Part shown: positions 30,781-32,596 of the stretch, piece after piece | How positions within the stretch are numbered: the first letter of the stretch is position 1 | Layout: every line of letters starts with the position of its first letter | Assembly (NCBI GenBank): GCA_001244265.2 | Contig: CDLV01000019.1 | Coordinates: 682,001 to 714,596, forward strand | From: Microbotryum violaceum | Lineage: Eukaryota | DNA length: 32,596 bases | Direction of reading: 5' to 3' | Notes under the pieces: generated by a model | The model's input: the letters and a program-made list of their open reading frames with translations, nothing else | What the model was told of the DNA's origin: nothing | The model's database searches: none | Program-made: the position numbers and the translations under genes

Positions 30781-32596
30781 TCATTTACCGGAGGGAGCTG
30801 TGTTCAGACGGCGTTTTTGCATGGCAGTCAACTTTGACTGTTTGGAGGCAGAGGAAGTGGTGGTCGGCTTCGTGGCCAGCGTCGTCTGCTTGGTTTTGGG
30901 CGGGGATATGTCGCGTTCAGCCTTCCTCTTCCTACTGTCGCTTTCGGCCTTACCCATCTTGTCATTTGACGGGCCAGCAATGGACAACCCATTGAATCGG
31001 TTGGGGTTCAAGCGCACGGGCATTGGCGAAGAAACGGGTGGAGCGACCTTGGCCCCTTGGCTCGTTGTGGATCAGAGGCAGAGTTCTTGATAGGGCTCTC
31101 CGATGCGTCACGGAGTTCTGGCTCGAGCGGCATTGGCGAGGACGAGTCATGTACAGCTAGTCCAGTGATGTCACCGTAGTTCGCATTGCTGACCGGCAAC
31201 TGACGACCCGAAGCTGCACTCTTGTTCGACACAGCCGGACAATCTTCGGCATCGGTACCCACCTCCTTGGACAAGTCAACGTCCATGGGTTTTACCTTTT
31301 GCTGCGTGCCTCCTTTGCGAGTGGGAGTGGGTGCGCCAGTACAATGCCGGCCTCCAGACTTGACCACAGCTCCCTTGCCCTTGCCAGCAACGACTTCCTC
31401 GTCCTCTTCTTCACTCTTGTACTCAGGGCCCGCAGCCCAATCAAGGTAGCCTTCCATGGTGGTGATGACATCTGCCTCTGCACGGAAGCATTTCAGGTGT
31501 TGATCGAGCTTCTTCACGGTGATTGGTGTCGCCTGCAAACAGAAAGTAGATGTTAGTCTCAGTACTTTAGGGGGGGAATTTGGCAGCAAGTGTGCCCACC
31601 TTGAACTTGACTACAGCACCACTCGCCACAAGGGACGATAGGAACGCGAGGAGCGCGGCATCGAGTTGTGTCCCAGATGGACGGACGGTGAAAGACTCGC
31701 AAGCCAAGACACCGAGATCGATTGCACGCGAATCTTCGAGTAACGTGCGCGCCTGCGTTTGAATCGCCCGAGCCTTGCTCGCCTTGCCTTTGAAAGATGT
31801 CTTTGCGCCAGCGTCTTCCTCCGAACCAGAGGTGTTCTCAGGGGCGGCCTCAAAGGCGTTGTCCAAGACATGCTTCTTCATAGCCGACTGGCGGAAAATG
31901 ACCTTGATAAAGTGATGATAATATTTATCCAACCGAACAGCCTAATAGGCACGGCCAAAACCACCAAGAACGAGTCAGCAATCTTGCACCGCAAGAGGAG
32001 CCAAGAGACATGATCAAGAGCGAGGTAGTCGCGCAAGAATGAGTGCAAGGGCCGAAGCGCCATCCGCAGCCCAGGTGCACTCCTTGTCACAATAAACTTG
32101 ACTTACATGAGGCAGCTTGGGAAGAGGATCTTTGGTACTGGAATTTGCCTTAGCGGCAGCCGCTGGGTGTGGTGATGTGCGTCACGGGCGTTCTTTGCCA
32201 CACCCGACCATTTGTTGCGCACGTTGGCCGGGATCGGAAGGAACTCGTCGGTGAACACATTGATATCCAAGAACTTGGAGTTCAACCACTCCTTCATCAA
32301 GTGGGTGATGGTCTGGGGGCTTTGATCCCCTTGATGCCGCTCCATTTAATACCCTGATTTTTCAGATTCTTGGTGTACGCATGAGACCCAATCGGAACGA
32401 CGAGATCATTGAGGAAGAAGTCAAAATGGGTGTCAGACGCCGCTCGAATCTTGGACCAATTGGCATGCAGGCCAGCTGCAAGAATCCGCTACCATAGCAT
32501 CATAACGACTCTTCTCTTGTTTGTTGATGATAGGCCCAGCTGCAAGAATCCGCTACCATAGCATCATAACGACTCTTCTCTTGTTTGTTGATGATA
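30781..32596 (-). pseudogene. Unidentified spliced gene with a low-complexity basic C-terminus; frame-broken; probably continues beyond the window
   Basis: Successive minus ORFs 32103-32345, 31878-32090, 31567-31932, 31008-31589 and 30781-31023. Clean phase-0 intron 31533-31599 (GTGGGC..CTAAC..TTGCAG). NLS-like RKRK and KRR motifs. No family recognised. Confidence 0.5.
32472..32596. repeat. 64 bp-period tandem duplication running off the window end
   Basis: CCAGCTGCAAGAATCCGCTACCATAGCATCATAACGACTCTTCTCTTGTTTGTTGATGATA occurs at 32472 and 32536. Confidence 0.9.

Overview
Eukaryotic, fungal-type genomic DNA. Short 67-111 nt GT-AG introns with GTGAGT/GTACGT/GTGCGT/GTAAGT donors point to a basidiomycete, possibly Pucciniomycotina (inference). 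The window is a repeat-rich accessory region with no recognisable housekeeping gene. It holds a cluster of divergent kinase-fold genes. Four are minus-strand FunK1 (Pkinase_fungal)-type genes with a predicted N-terminal PD-(D/E)xK restriction-endonuclease-like domain and shared intron positions: A 2906-5179, C 8872-10700, B1 12302-14847 and B2 19877-22422. There are also two plus-strand 'mini-kinases' that stop just after the DFG-equivalent motif (K1 7-1451, K2 15766-16941) and an inverted fragment of a third. All except K1 carry stops or frameshifts as read, some of which may be consensus errors. B1 and B2 lie in a ~3.7 kb dispersed duplication with mosaic identity. Interspersed are a decayed Helitron, the 3' end of an LTR retrotransposon with a 313 bp LTR, probable copia RT relics and orphan DNA-transposon-like termini. 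A head-to-tail dimer of a 2.6-2.8 kb unit (23264-28659) contains a palindromic 84/63 bp minisatellite with higher-order structure. The window ends in an unidentified spliced minus-strand gene.
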